A stretch of 64,000 bases of DNA from a bacterium (GTDB lineage Bacteria > UBA8248 > JACPRG01 > G963555815), in assembly GCA_965218795.1 (NCBI GenBank), contig OZ244653.1, positions 3,552,001 to 3,616,000 on the forward strand, given 5' to 3'. Below, piece after piece: positions 47,979-58,820 of the stretch; within the stretch, counting starts at the first letter, position 1; the number at the start of each line of letters is the position of its first letter. Made by a program: the position numbers and the translations under genes. The notes beneath the pieces were generated by a model. That model did not search any database. It was not told where the DNA came from and saw only the letters and a list, made by a program, of their open reading frames with translations.

Positions 47979-48845
47979 ATGCCGGCGCAAATCTTGAGCG
48001 GTAAGGAGATCGGAGAGTCCATCCGCCAGGAGCTCAAAGCCGAAATCGACGGGATTTCGGCGGGCGGCGGCGGGAGACCCAAACTGGCCGTCGTCCTGGT
48101 CGGGGACGACCCCGCCTCGCACGTCTATGTCCGCAACAAGGAGAAGGCCTGCGTAAAGGTCGGCATCGAAACCGGGGACTGGAAGCCTCCCGCCGACATT
48201 TCACAGGACGAGCTCATCGCCCACGTCGACAGGCTCAACGAGGATCCGGCGGTGAACGGCATCCTGGTTCAGCTTCCGCTTCCCGATCACATCGACGAGG
48301 CGTTCGTCCTAGAGCGGATCCTGCCGGAAAAGGACGTCGACGGCTTCCACCCCTGCAACCTGGGCCAGTTGGTTCTCGGGGCCGACGTCCTCGCGCCGGC
48401 CACGCCCTCGGGCGTCATGGCCATGCTCGACCGTTCGGATATCGAGATCCTCGGGAAGAACGTGGCGATGGTCGGGCGCAGCCGGATCGTGGGCAAGCCG
48501 CTAGCGGCCATGTTCACCAACCGATCCGCCACCGTGACCGTCTGCCACAGCAAGACCCGCGACCTCAAGGAGGAATGCCGCCGGGCGGACATCGTCGTCG
48601 CGGCCATCGGGCGGGCCCGGATGATCGACGCCGGGTACGTCGGCGACGGCGCCGTGGTCATCGACGTGGGCATCAACCGGGTGGACGACAAGCTGGTCGG
48701 CGACGTGGATTTCGATTCGGTCATCGGCAAGGTCAGCGCCATCACGCCGGTTCCCGGCGGGGTGGGTCCGATGACGATCGCCATGCTGCTGCACAACACC
48801 CTGAAGGCTTTCAAGCTCCAGACGAAGGCCGGCGTCGTCTCATAA
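47979..48845 (+). CDS. folD: Methylene-THF dehydrogenase/cyclohydrolase
   Basis: GILVQLPLP, KDVDGFHP, TPVPGGVGPMT. Confidence 0.97.
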   Translation: MPAQILSGKEIGESIRQELKAEIDGISAGGGGRPKLAVVLVGDDPASHVYVRNKEKACVKVGIETGDWKPPADISQDELIAHVDRLNEDPAVNGILVQLPLPDHIDEAFVLERILPEKDVDGFHPCNLGQLVLGADVLAPATPSGVMAMLDRSDIEILGKNVAMVGRSRIVGKPLAAMFTNRSATVTVCHSKTRDLKEECRRADIVVAAIGRARMIDAGYVGDGAVVIDVGINRVDDKLVGDVDFDSVIGKVSAITPVPGGVGPMTIAMLLHNTLKAFKLQTKAGVVS

Positions 48846-48859
48846 TGGAGCCCGTCTAA

Positions 48860-50251
48860 ATGGCTCTGCCGGACCTGTTGGACTCCGCTCAGCGGCAGGT
48901 CTACACCGTCTCCGCCCTCACCCGCGAAATCCGCGATCATCTCGAGTCCGGCTATCCCGACGTCTGGGTGGAGGGGGAGGTTTCCAACCTTCGCCGACCG
49001 ACTTCCGGGCACATCTATTTCACGCTGAAGGACGAAAAGGCCCAGCTCCGGGCCGTTCTCTTCAAGATGTCCGCCGCCTTGCTTCGATTCGATCCGGAAG
49101 ACGGCCTCAAGGTGCTCGTTCGCGGTCGGGTCACCGTGTACGAGCCGCGGGGCGAATATCAGTTCTCGGTCAGTCACGTCGAGCCCATGGGGCTGGGACC
49201 GCTCGAGCTGGCGTTCCAGCAGACGCGCGAGCGCCTGGAAAAAGAGGGCCTGTTCGACGAGGGCGGGAAACGGCCTTTGCCCTTCCTGCCGGAACGGATC
49301 GGGATCGTCACCTCGCCGACCGGGGCGGCGATCCGGGACATGCTGCGCGTCCTCTACGATCGGTTTCCCGCCTTGAAGGTGCTGATTGCGCCGGTGCGGG
49401 TGCAGGGGGCGGGGGCCGCGCGGGAGATCGCCGAGGCCATTGAAAATCTGAACCGACAAAAAGACGTCGACGTGATCATCGCCGGGCGCGGCGGCGGCTC
49501 CATCGAGGACCTTTGGGCCTTCAATGAAGAGGCGGTGGCGCGCGCCGTCTTTTCATCCCGCATCCCGGTGATCAGCGCCGTCGGCCACGAAATCGACTTC
49601 ACCATCGCCGATTTCGTGGCCGACGTTCGGGCCCCCACGCCGACCGCCGCGGCCGAGATGGCCGTGCCGAAGGTCGAAGCCCTGGCGGACCGGGTCGGAG
49701 AACTGGACCAGCGTCTGGCCTCCAAAGTGGCCGCCCGAATCCGGTCCCACCGCCGCGACCTGAGCGCCCTGCTGGAACGACGTCCCTTCCGGCGGCCGGT
49801 TTCGGTGATCCATGAATGGCAGCAGGAGGTGGACGACCGGGTGGGGGAACTCGTTGCCGCGGTGCGCCGGAACCTGTCGGTCGGCCGTCTCAGCGTGGAT
49901 TCGGCTTCCCGCCGACTCCTGACCGCCGCGCCCAGGGAAACGGCGGCCCGGCTCCGGACGCGGGCCCTGGCGCTTCAGCAGGCCCTGGTCCGCTCGGTGT
50001 CCCACCGCGCCCTCCTGACGCGGGAGCGTTTTTCCGCGCTGGCGCATCGGCTGGATGCCGCCAGTCCCCTGTCCGTTTTGGGGCGGGGGTTTGCCCTCTG
50101 CAGGCAGCTCCCGGATTTGAAAGTCCTGAAGAATGCTTCGGCCGCTTCGAAAGGGGGCGACGTTCGCGTCGATCTAGCCCGCGGCCATTTGATCTGCGAC
50201 GTGAAGGAAGTCCATCCCAAGGAGGGGATTTTTGAAAGAACCGAGCTTTGA
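48860..50251 (+). CDS. xseA: Exonuclease VII large subunit
   Basis: SGHIYFTLKD, TSPTGAAIRD, RGGGSIEDLW.FN, GHEID. Confidence 0.97.
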   Translation: MALPDLLDSAQRQVYTVSALTREIRDHLESGYPDVWVEGEVSNLRRPTSGHIYFTLKDEKAQLRAVLFKMSAALLRFDPEDGLKVLVRGRVTVYEPRGEYQFSVSHVEPMGLGPLELAFQQTRERLEKEGLFDEGGKRPLPFLPERIGIVTSPTGAAIRDMLRVLYDRFPALKVLIAPVRVQGAGAAREIAEAIENLNRQKDVDVIIAGRGGGSIEDLWAFNEEAVARAVFSSRIPVISAVGHEIDFTIADFVADVRAPTPTAAAEMAVPKVEALADRVGELDQRLASKVAARIRSHRRDLSALLERRPFRRPVSVIHEWQQEVDDRVGELVAAVRRNLSVGRLSVDSASRRLLTAAPRETAARLRTRALALQQALVRSVSHRALLTRERFSALAHRLDAASPLSVLGRGFALCRQLPDLKVLKNASAASKGGDVRVDLARGHLICDVKEVHPKEGIFERTEL

Positions 50252-50489
50252 AGAAGCCATGACGCGGCTGGAAGAGATCATCCAGCAGCTGGAGGACGGG
50301 GAGGCGGAGCTGGATCAGACCCTTTCGCTGTTCGAGGAGGGGGTCAATCTCTCGAAGCTCTGCCACAGGCGGCTGGAGTCGGCAGAGAAAAAAATCGAGC
50401 TTCTCGTCAAGAAAGAGGGAAAGAAGCTGGAGCGGCGGCCCGTCGAGGATGACGGGGAGGAACTGCCGCTCCTGGAGGAGATCGAATAG
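50232..50489 (+). CDS. xseB: Exonuclease VII small subunit
   Basis: FEEAM.RLEEI...LE.G...L...L..FEEG. Confidence 0.93.
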   Translation: MKEPSFEEAMTRLEEIIQQLEDGEAELDQTLSLFEEGVNLSKLCHRRLESAEKKIELLVKKEGKKLERRPVEDDGEELPLLEEIE

Positions 50490-50542
50490 TCCGCCCTTCT
50501 CTCTATGGAAGAGGGCGGAGAGACCGTTTCGCCGGAGCTCCC

Positions 50543-51439
50543 GTGAGCTCATTCGATCTCAATGGGTATATGAAGGAAAAAGCCGCCCTCGTGAACGAGC
50601 GGCTGGAGGCGTTCGTCCGCGGAAAAAGGGATGAGAACGGCCTCTACGAGGCGATGGAGTACAGCCTGATGGCCGGCGGCAAGCGGCTCCGGCCCATCCT
50701 GGCGCTGGCGGGCGCGGAGGCCGTCGGGGGAGACGCTGCATCCGTTCTCCCGTTTGCGGCCGCGCTGGAGTTCATCCACACCTATTCGCTGGTTCACGAC
50801 GACCTCCCGGCCATGGACGACAGCGACACCCGCCGGGGCCGTCCGACCAGCCACAAACGGTTTGGCGAAGCCGCGGCCATTCTGACGGGGGATGCCCTGC
50901 TGACGCACGCCTTCGAGCTGATGGCTGATCCGGCTCAGACCGGGGATCTCGCCCCCCGGCAGGTCCAGAAGGTGGTGTGCGAGGTCTCCCGAGCCATCGG
51001 GGTGGAAGGCATGATCGGGGGCCAGGCCGCCGACCTCCGGTTCATGGGCGTCCAGCCGGGAGCCGACGATGTGGAATACATCCATCTCCGGAAGACCGCC
51101 GCCCTGATCCGGATATCCGTGTGGGGGGGCGCGGTATTGGGGAACGCGTCGGACTCCGAGGCGGATTCCATCGGCCGTTACGGGCAGAACGTCGGATTGG
51201 CATTTCAAATTGCGGATGATATATTGGATGAAACGGGCGATTCCACGGTGCTGGGAAAGACTGCGGGGAGCGACCAGGAAGCGGAAAAGGCCACTTATCC
51301 GAAGGTTTTCGGTCTCGATCAGTCCCGGAGCCTCGCCCAGGCGCTTGTGGATGCGGCGCTGGAGGAGTTGTCCGGGTTCGGTGAGGGAGCCGAGCCTGTC
51401 CGGAGCATCGCCCATTTCATCGTCGCAAGGGAATTTTGA
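50543..51439 (+). CDS. ispA: Polyprenyl (farnesyl) diphosphate synthase
   Basis: GGKRLRP, HDDLPAMD..RRG, FQIADD. Confidence 0.93.
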   Translation: MSSFDLNGYMKEKAALVNERLEAFVRGKRDENGLYEAMEYSLMAGGKRLRPILALAGAEAVGGDAASVLPFAAALEFIHTYSLVHDDLPAMDDSDTRRGRPTSHKRFGEAAAILTGDALLTHAFELMADPAQTGDLAPRQVQKVVCEVSRAIGVEGMIGGQAADLRFMGVQPGADDVEYIHLRKTAALIRISVWGGAVLGNASDSEADSIGRYGQNVGLAFQIADDILDETGDSTVLGKTAGSDQEAEKATYPKVFGLDQSRSLAQALVDAALEELSGFGEGAEPVRSIAHFIVAREF

Positions 51440-51584
51440 CCATGCCGAATCTGATCAGGCCCCCGCAAATCCGATAAGACGGCGGGCGGTTCGAACCCCG
51501 CCTCTGCATCCGTGACCGGGGGATCCTGCAAACCCATCGTTCTGCTTACTGCAATCGGCGCGCTGTTTGGAGGCCTGATTCAAA

Positions 51585-53534
51585 ATGGAAATTCTGAACA
51601 CCATCGACAGCCCCGAAGACCTTCGCCGCCTCACGGTCCCTCAGGTGGAGCAGTTGGCCGCCGAGGCTCGCGATGAGATCGTTCGGGTCACGACGACCGT
51701 CACCGGAGGCCACCTGGGCGCCAACCTGGGCTCGGTGGAGCTGACGCTCGCCCTGCACTATGTGTTCGACACCCCCGAAGACCAGCTCGTATGGGACGTC
51801 GGTCATCAGGTGTACACCCACAAGCTCATTACGGGAAGGCGCGAACGGTTTGAGACCATCCGGCAGTTCGAGGGGTTGTACGGATTCACCAAGAGAGGCG
51901 AAAGCCCCTATGACATCTTCACGACGGCGCACGCCGGAACGGCGATCTCCACGGCTTTCGGACTGGCCGAGGCCCGCGACAAGCAGGGGCGGAAACACCG
52001 GGTCATCGCGGTGGTGGGAGACGGCGCGATGACCTCGGGCATCGCGATGGAAGGTCTCAACAACGCCGGCGCCTCCGACACCAATTTCATCATCATCCTC
52101 AACGACAACAAGATGTCCATCGCTCCGAACGTTGGAGCCTTTTCCACCTACCTCAACCGGATCATGACCGGCCATCTGTTCGTGCGCCTGCGGAAGGAGT
52201 TCACCAAGCTGCTCAAGCAGATTCCGGGAATCGGCAACACGGCGGTGAAGGTCGCCCGCAAGCTGGAAGAGGCCGCGAAATCACTGCTTTCTCCGGGGGT
52301 CGTCTTTGAGGAGCTGGGATACAAGTACATCGGCCCCCTCCAGGGGCACAACATCGGCGCGCTGGTTCAGACTTTCGAGAACATCAAGGATTTCGAAGGT
52401 CCCTTGCTGGTTCACGTGTTGACCGAGAAAGGCAAGGGCTGGAAACCCGCCGAAGATGATTTCCTGAGAAAGCACGGGGTGTCCGCGAAGAAGCCCGCAC
52501 CCCCGGACAAGGGGAACGGAAAGGTTGCGCCGCCCTCGTATACCGGCGTGTTCGCCAAAGCCATGATCAAGCTGGCCGATCGGGACGAGCGCATCATCGG
52601 AATCACGGCGGCCATGCCGGACGGCACGGGCCTCGACAAGTTCAGCGAGGTCCATCCGGATCGGTGCTATGACGTGGGCATTTCGGAGCAGCACGGCGTG
52701 GCCTTCGCCGCCGGCCTGGCGGCCCAGGGGCTGAAACCCGTTGCGGCGATCTATTCCTCATTTCTCCAGCGGGCGTACGACCAGATATTCCACGACGTCT
52801 GCCTCCAGAACCTGCCGGTCACCTTCGCCCTGGACCGGGGAGGGGTCGTCGGCGAAGACGGACCCACCCACCACGGCGTTTACGACATGACCTATCTGCG
52901 GGCGTTCCCGAACATGGTGATCATGTCGCCCAAGGATGAGAACGAGCTTCAGCACATGCTTCATACCGGCATCGAGCATCCCGGACCCGCGGCAATCCGC
53001 TATCCCCGGGGATCGGGCCTGGGGGTTCCGCTGGACGAGGAATGCCGTCTTCTGGAGATCGGCAAAGGCGAAATCCTCAGGGAAGGCGATCATGTCGCGT
53101 TGTTGGGCATCGGCCGGCCGGTTGCTCCCTCTCTGCAGGCGGCCGAGCTTCTGGCCGAAGAGGGGATCGAGGCCACCGTCGTCAATATGCGGTTTGCCAA
53201 ACCCGTGGATGCCGATCTCGTCCGCACCCTGGCCCGGAACGTGAAAAGACTCATCACGCTCGAGGATCACACCCTGTGCGGCGGATTCAGCAGCGCCGTG
53301 TTGGAGACCCTGGCCGATCAGGGGTTGTTGCGCAGCACCCGGGTCCTTCGCCTGGGAATCCCGGACGCCTTTGTGCCTCACGGGGCGCCGAAGATCCTCA
53401 TGAAGCTCATCGGGATTGACCCGGACAGCATCGTGGAAGCGGCGCGGGAGTTCATCAACAACTCCCGGTTCCACCAGCATCAGCCCGAGATTGCAAGGAT
53501 GGCGCTGGATGGGAAGAAGGCGGCGGCTCGATAG
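51585..53534 (+). CDS. dxs: 1-deoxy-D-xylulose-5-phosphate synthase
   Basis: DVGHQ.Y.HK, GDGA, DVGISEQH, DGPTH, IRYPRG. Confidence 0.97.
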   Translation: MEILNTIDSPEDLRRLTVPQVEQLAAEARDEIVRVTTTVTGGHLGANLGSVELTLALHYVFDTPEDQLVWDVGHQVYTHKLITGRRERFETIRQFEGLYGFTKRGESPYDIFTTAHAGTAISTAFGLAEARDKQGRKHRVIAVVGDGAMTSGIAMEGLNNAGASDTNFIIILNDNKMSIAPNVGAFSTYLNRIMTGHLFVRLRKEFTKLLKQIPGIGNTAVKVARKLEEAAKSLLSPGVVFEELGYKYIGPLQGHNIGALVQTFENIKDFEGPLLVHVLTEKGKGWKPAEDDFLRKHGVSAKKPAPPDKGNGKVAPPSYTGVFAKAMIKLADRDERIIGITAAMPDGTGLDKFSEVHPDRCYDVGISEQHGVAFAAGLAAQGLKPVAAIYSSFLQRAYDQIFHDVCLQNLPVTFALDRGGVVGEDGPTHHGVYDMTYLRAFPNMVIMSPKDENELQHMLHTGIEHPGPAAIRYPRGSGLGVPLDEECRLLEIGKGEILREGDHVALLGIGRPVAPSLQAAELLAEEGIEATVVNMRFAKPVDADLVRTLARNVKRLITLEDHTLCGGFSSAVLETLADQGLLRSTRVLRLGIPDAFVPHGAPKILMKLIGIDPDSIVEAAREFINNSRFHQHQPEIARMALDGKKAAAR

Positions 53535-54318
53535 CCTGCTGGTCGATAGAGGTCTGGCGCCGACCCGCGAGCGGGCCAAGGCGCTGATTCTGGCCGGGGC
53601 CGTTGAGGCGGGAGGCCGTAGAGATCTGAAGCCCGGCACCGCTGCCGAACCCGATACTTCCATTCGAATCCTTTCTGATCCCATACCCTATGTCAGCCGC
53701 GGCGGCGTGAAGCTCGATCACGCGCTGAAGGCTTTCGGGCTGGATGTTTCCGGCCGGGTGTGTCTGGACGTGGGCGCCTCGACCGGCGGTTTCACCGACT
53801 GTCTGCTCGCAGTCGGGGCGTCGGCGGTTTTCGCCGTCGATGTGGGGTGGGGCCAGCTCGATTGGGGCCTTCGCAACGATCCCCGCGTGACGGTTATCGA
53901 AGGGGTCAACGCGCGAGCCCTGTCCGTAGAGGATCTGCCGGCCCGGCCCGACTTCGCGGTGGTGGACGTCTCGTTCATTTCCCTGCGGCTGATCTGGCCC
54001 CCCGTCGCCGCGGTGCTGAATCCCGGGGGATGGATTCTCTCGCTGGTCAAGCCCCAGTTTGAAGTCGGAAAGGGGGAGGTGGGTAAGGGCGGCGTGGTCC
54101 GGGAAGCCTCCAAGCACGTCTCCGTCCTTGCGGGGCTGGTGGAATGCTGCGGGGCCGGCGGGCTGGCCGTGAACGGGGTGATCGCTTCCCCCATCACCGG
54201 GGCCAAGGGAAACGTCGAATACTTCCTGCTCCTCGATCCGGAGGGCGGCCGGAGCCGGGTGACCCTGGATGAGTTGGAGACAACGGTTTCGGAAGTCATG
54301 AGCGGGGGCGTTGCATGA
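53509..54318 (+). CDS. tlyA: TlyA rRNA 2'-O-methyltransferase
   Basis: S4 domain RLD.LL..RGL, YVSRGG.KL, DVGASTGGFTD, LVKPQFE, GN.EY. Confidence 0.95.
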   Translation: MGRRRRLDSLLVDRGLAPTRERAKALILAGAVEAGGRRDLKPGTAAEPDTSIRILSDPIPYVSRGGVKLDHALKAFGLDVSGRVCLDVGASTGGFTDCLLAVGASAVFAVDVGWGQLDWGLRNDPRVTVIEGVNARALSVEDLPARPDFAVVDVSFISLRLIWPPVAAVLNPGGWILSLVKPQFEVGKGEVGKGGVVREASKHVSVLAGLVECCGAGGLAVNGVIASPITGAKGNVEYFLLLDPEGGRSRVTLDELETTVSEVMSGGVA

Positions 54319-54946
54319 CCGAGGCGGACGAACGGAAGGCCCGCGGGATCATTCGCCGGTCGACCGTCTCCGCCGCGGTGGCCGAGGCCGCTCCCGGACC
54401 CCTCGGGGGGATTGCGGAGGTTCCCGTTCTTCAGACCAGAATGCTCGTGGAGATGAGCGAGGTCTTCGGCCGGCCGCTCCGGTTGAAAGAAGCCAGAGAC
54501 CTGGTCGGCCTGTTGGGCGGGGCGACGGCCTTTCGCTATCTGTGCCGCAGGTTCGCGCTACGGGCCTGTCGGGCCTTTCCTCCTCCAAGCAGGGGGTTTC
54601 TGTGAAACAGTTTCTCTTCGGGATAGCGGCGTTCGCCTTGGGGCAGAGGGCCCTGCGATACTTCCGCTCGCGCAGGGCGAAAGGGGACGCAGGGCGAGGC
54701 GACTCCGGCTTCACTCGGAAGCCGGGATGGGCGCAGGTGATAACCGATTTTGAACACGAGGTCGGCGCCCTCAAGCTGGAATGGGAAACGGGGGCGAGAA
54801 CCAAGAAAGACTACCGCCGCGCCCTCGACGACCTGGAAGATAAGTTGAACGCCCTCCGGGAGGAGATAACCGAGGAAACCTACCGCCGCGCCCTCGCCGG
54901 CCTGGAAGATCGGTTGAACGCCCTCCGGGAAACGTCCGTCGAATGA
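54315..54946 (+). CDS. DUF697/YcjF-like membrane-associated protein, split as 54315-54605 and 54602-54946
   Basis: A..II......AA...AP.P..Q..M......FG N-part; ALG..A.RYF in the second frame; GTGA overlap. Confidence 0.5.
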
Positions 54947-55542
54947 TTCCAGACGGTCTCGGACCCGCGCTCTGGGTCCCTCCCCTGGCGGGGGCGCTCA
55001 TCGGGTATGCAACGAACTACCTGGCCATCTGGATGTTGTTTCATCCGAGGGCCCCGATCCGGGTCCTGGGACGGCCGGTCCCTTTTTCGCCGGGCCTGAT
55101 CCCGCGTGAGCGCGGGCGCCTGGCCGAAGCCATCGCCGAATCCGTCCAGCGGGAGCTTCTCTCCGGCCGGGAGCTGGTTGATTTGCTGAAGGATTCCTCC
55201 CTCAAGCGGCAGGCGGTGAGGACCGTCGGCGATCTGGTGGATGACAAGTTGAAGCCGTTTCCCCTTCCCGAACCCCTTCGTTACCAAATCAAGCTCCTGC
55301 TGGCCCGTGAGGTGGTGAAGCAGGTCGACGCCTTTTTCGAGGAGCGAGCCCCGCACGTCGCCGAAAGCCTGGACGTGAAGGGAGCCGTCGCGGGTAAACT
55401 GAACCAGATGGACCTGGCCGAGATCGAGGCCCTGGCGTACCGCGTCTCCGGCCGGCATCTTCGATTCATTACCTGGTTCGGCGGGGTGATCGGCCTCCTG
55501 GTCGGATGCTTCCAGGCGCTGATCATCCTGTGGCTCAGGTGA
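54943..55542 (+). CDS. DUF445 family membrane protein
   Basis: GALIGYATNYLAI.MLF.P, GLIP..R..LA, L.FI..FGGVIG.LVG..Q. Confidence 0.85.
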   Translation: MIPDGLGPALWVPPLAGALIGYATNYLAIWMLFHPRAPIRVLGRPVPFSPGLIPRERGRLAEAIAESVQRELLSGRELVDLLKDSSLKRQAVRTVGDLVDDKLKPFPLPEPLRYQIKLLLAREVVKQVDAFFEERAPHVAESLDVKGAVAGKLNQMDLAEIEALAYRVSGRHLRFITWFGGVIGLLVGCFQALIILWLR

Positions 55543-55556
55543 AGGGGACCCGAAGC

Positions 55557-58500
55557 ATGGTATCGAATGCGGGCGGCCGCCTGACGGTACGGACCGGTCC
55601 TTTCCATCCTGATTTGGAGCGTGGTCTTCAAGAGATTCTGGAGTCCCGGCTGGCATCCATCCGGCAGAGCCGCCGGCTGAGTCCCTGTGCGATTGTCTCG
55701 CTCTCCGGGGAAATTCGCCGGTATCTGAAACACCGAATCACCCTCCGGTGGCGGATGAGGCTGGCCGGCGTCCACTTGTTGACGGCCGATTCCCTGAGCC
55801 GGCGCATCGTGGCGACGGCGCCCGCCGGACAAATCAGCCGGAGAGTGGACGACCTGGTCCTGGCGGACCTGGTGCGGGATGCCGTCTTGAACGAAAAATT
55901 TCCGTCCGAGTGGAAAGACCTCGTCCGGTCTGCCGGAGGCGCCGCCGCTCTCCTGAGAACCCTGCGGGACCTCGAAGAAGCGCGGATTCCCCCCGAGGCC
56001 GGACAGCGGGAGCCCGTGCTGCGTCTTCACCGCTCGTATCAGGCGGCGCGCAAGCACCTGGGGCTGGGGACTCCGACCGATTCTGTGGAGGAAGCCATCC
56101 GGGTCGCCCATGAATCCCGGTTCCTCCAGTCCCTCGAAAAAATCGTCTATTACGGCTTTTACGATCTGACGCAGATCCAGATGGACCTGTTGGCGAAGGT
56201 GTCCGCGCTCTGTCCGGCATCGGTCCTCTTCCCTTGCGTGGCGGATCACCGGGCATACGGTTTCGCCAACGAGTTCCTGGAGGAGCTCCGGGCTCGATTC
56301 AAGGACATGGAAATCCGGCCGGCCGCGGACCCGGGGATACCCGGTCGTGCCGAGGGTGGCGGGAGCGCCCCGTTACGGTCCGCCATGGGCCGTCTGTTCT
56401 TGGAGACCCGGGCTGACGGTTCCTTCGGCATCGCCGGGGATTCGCTGCGGTTTTTCACCGGCTCGGGACCCGAGGCCGAGCTGGAGACCGCCGCAAAGGA
56501 GATCCTCCGCTGGACGGAAGAGGGGCTCGACTTCAGCGGGATGGGTATCATCGCCCGCGACCTGAGGCCTTATCTTCCATTTCTCCATTCGGTTCTCACG
56601 GCCCACGCCATCCCTTTCCGGACGCCCGAAAAACTGCCGGTCTCCCGACTGCCCTGGGCAAAAGCGCTGGGGGCGCTTCACCGGATCCTGGCCGAAGGAT
56701 TTCCCAAGACGGACGTTCTCGAGTGGACGAGCTCGCCATATTCCGCCTTTCGGGAAGAAGAATCCACATCGGATCATTCCGTCCGGTCGGCGTTGCGGCG
56801 GTCCGGCGCAATCCGCGGCCTGGATGATTGGAAGAAGCTCGCACAGGCCTCCCCGGCGGAATTGGCCGGCTCTCTCCATCCGGGCGCGGAGGGTCAAGCT
56901 CCGGAACCCGAGGATGTCAAGGAGGCCTTCCGGCGGTTTCAGAGGCCCCTGCAGCGTCTGATCGAGGCCGTCGGGCGGTTTCCCGCGAGGTGCGAATGGA
57001 GCGGCTTTATCGATGCCTACAGGACGCTCCTCCGGGAAGTGATGATTTTCCCCGTTATGGAATCAGAAGAGGCGGCCGATCTCCGGACGGTTGACGTCGA
57101 ATCCGGCTGGAGGTTGATCGAAGACGTCCTCGAATCCGTCGGCATCAGAATCGGCATCAGAAAAGGAGCCGGGCAAGAGGTCGAAGCCGCGGATTTTCTT
57201 TCAGTCGTGGATGAGCAGCTTGCGGCCCATGAGGTCCCGTATTGGGATTTTACCCATCCGGGCATTGAGGTCCTGAACGCGCGCGATGCACGGGCCAAAC
57301 AGTTCGCCGCGGTCATCGTCATGGGTCTTCAGGAAGGGGTCTGGCCCCGGAGGGAAAATGCGGACCCGTTTCTCGGCGAGGGCATGAGGGAGCGGTTGTC
57401 GAAGAGGTTCTCAGTCCGTCTTCTGAAGGGACCCGAAGGTGTCGAGGAGGAACGGTTGCTCTTTATGCTGGCGCTCACATCCGCGGAGCGATACGTCACG
57501 CTGACATGCCAGCGGTCCGGGGAGGACGGCCGGCCGCTGGTCCGCTCGTGGTACGTGCACGAAGTCGCCCGCGCTTTGGGACATGAAGACGGCAGCCTGC
57601 CGTCGGAGATCCATGTCCCCCGCCGTCTCGACGAACGAATCGGAAATCGGCTGTTTGCCGAACACCTTTGGACCCCCCAGGAATGGAGCGCGCATCTGGC
57701 GGCCAATCGGCAGGACTCATCGGAATTGTCGAGAATCCGGGGGATCCCGGCGGAGTTCTTGAATCGCGGTTTCGACGCCGGTCTTCGACTGGACCGCCTG
57801 GGGGAGACGTTGACGGACCGGGACGGCATGACAGGCAGGCTCCCGGACCTGTGGGAAAGCCTTCGCGGCCGGGGATTCGCGCCGACCGCGCTGGAGCAAT
57901 ACGCGCGGTGCCCGTTCCGATTCTTCGCCGAATACGCCCTCGATCTGGAGGAATTGACGGATCCGGAAGAATCCCCCGGGTTGGAAGCAGTGGAAATGGG
58001 CCGTCTTCTCCACCGGATTTTCCAGCGGTTTTTCAAGGAGTGGTCATCCGGTCGGCCGGACGATGCGCAGGAGCTTCTCCGGGAAGTCATCGAGTCCACC
58101 CTGAAGGCTTACGAGGAGAAGGTCCCGGTCGGTTATCCGCTTCTCTGGAGTCGGACCCGAGAGGAGATCCGATCGCTCGCGGAGCTTTATATTCTGGAAG
58201 GGTTGGGGTCCCTGGCGGAGAGCGGATACCGGCCCGTGGCGTACGAGAAATCGCTCGAAACGACGCTTCTGGACGTGCCGCAGTTCCCCTCCTTCCTCCG
58301 CGGGGTCAAGATTCGGGGCCGTCTGGACCGGATCGACCGGCGGGAAGGAGAGGCGGGGATCGAGATCCGCGTGGTGGATTACAAGTACCGAAGCGGGTCG
58401 AAACCTTCTAGGGGAAAACTGGAGCAGGATGCCCTGCGGGGGTCGAGACTTCAGCCGCCCTTCTACGTCCTGCTGGCCGAAGCCCAGGAGCGCGATGCAA

Positions 58501-58820
58501 AGGCCAGCGCGGAATTTCACTACCTTGCGCCCCATTGGCCCGAGCCGGCGGACCGCCGGGACGCCTTCCCGGCCGGGCAGTGGCGGCAATCGCCGTGGGC
58601 GGGGGAAATGGCAAAGTCCCTCGCCGCCATCTTGGGGGGCATTCGCGACGGGCACTTCTACATCATCCCGAAGGACGGCGAATACGGTCACTGCGCGACC
58701 TGTTCCTATCAGGTCCTTTGCCGGAGGAACCACCGGTCCACCCGATACCGGCAGAAGGCGGACCCCCGGACCCTTGCCATCGAGGGCCTATCGGAAAAGA
58801 AATGGCCGCCGAAACAATGA
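55557..58820 (+). CDS. addB: AddB-like subunit (inactive helicase + Fe-S PD-(D/E)XK nuclease)
   Basis: APT.LE.Y..CPF, GRLDRID, VVDYK, CATC.Y..LC. Confidence 0.82.
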   Translation: MVSNAGGRLTVRTGPFHPDLERGLQEILESRLASIRQSRRLSPCAIVSLSGEIRRYLKHRITLRWRMRLAGVHLLTADSLSRRIVATAPAGQISRRVDDLVLADLVRDAVLNEKFPSEWKDLVRSAGGAAALLRTLRDLEEARIPPEAGQREPVLRLHRSYQAARKHLGLGTPTDSVEEAIRVAHESRFLQSLEKIVYYGFYDLTQIQMDLLAKVSALCPASVLFPCVADHRAYGFANEFLEELRARFKDMEIRPAADPGIPGRAEGGGSAPLRSAMGRLFLETRADGSFGIAGDSLRFFTGSGPEAELETAAKEILRWTEEGLDFSGMGIIARDLRPYLPFLHSVLTAHAIPFRTPEKLPVSRLPWAKALGALHRILAEGFPKTDVLEWTSSPYSAFREEESTSDHSVRSALRRSGAIRGLDDWKKLAQASPAELAGSLHPGAEGQAPEPEDVKEAFRRFQRPLQRLIEAVGRFPARCEWSGFIDAYRTLLREVMIFPVMESEEAADLRTVDVESGWRLIEDVLESVGIRIGIRKGAGQEVEAADFLSVVDEQLAAHEVPYWDFTHPGIEVLNARDARAKQFAAVIVMGLQEGVWPRRENADPFLGEGMRERLSKRFSVRLLKGPEGVEEERLLFMLALTSAERYVTLTCQRSGEDGRPLVRSWYVHEVARALGHEDGSLPSEIHVPRRLDERIGNRLFAEHLWTPQEWSAHLAANRQDSSELSRIRGIPAEFLNRGFDAGLRLDRLGETLTDRDGMTGRLPDLWESLRGRGFAPTALEQYARCPFRFFAEYALDLEELTDPEESPGLEAVEMGRLLHRIFQRFFKEWSSGRPDDAQELLREVIESTLKAYEEKVPVGYPLLWSRTREEIRSLAELYILEGLGSLAESGYRPVAYEKSLETTLLDVPQFPSFLRGVKIRGRLDRIDRREGEAGIEIRVVDYKYRSGSKPSRGKLEQDALRGSRLQPPFYVLLAEAQERDAKASAEFHYLAPHWPEPADRRDAFPAGQWRQSPWAGEMAKSLAAILGGIRDGHFYIIPKDGEYGHCATCSYQVLCRRNHRSTRYRQKADPRTLAIEGLSEKKWPPKQ

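Noticed and set aside
51481-51507. GGTTCGAACCCC T-arm-like motif (tRNA fragment or att site)
   Set aside because: No cloverleaf and no match to the tRNA-Leu 3' end; simple intergenic hairpin.
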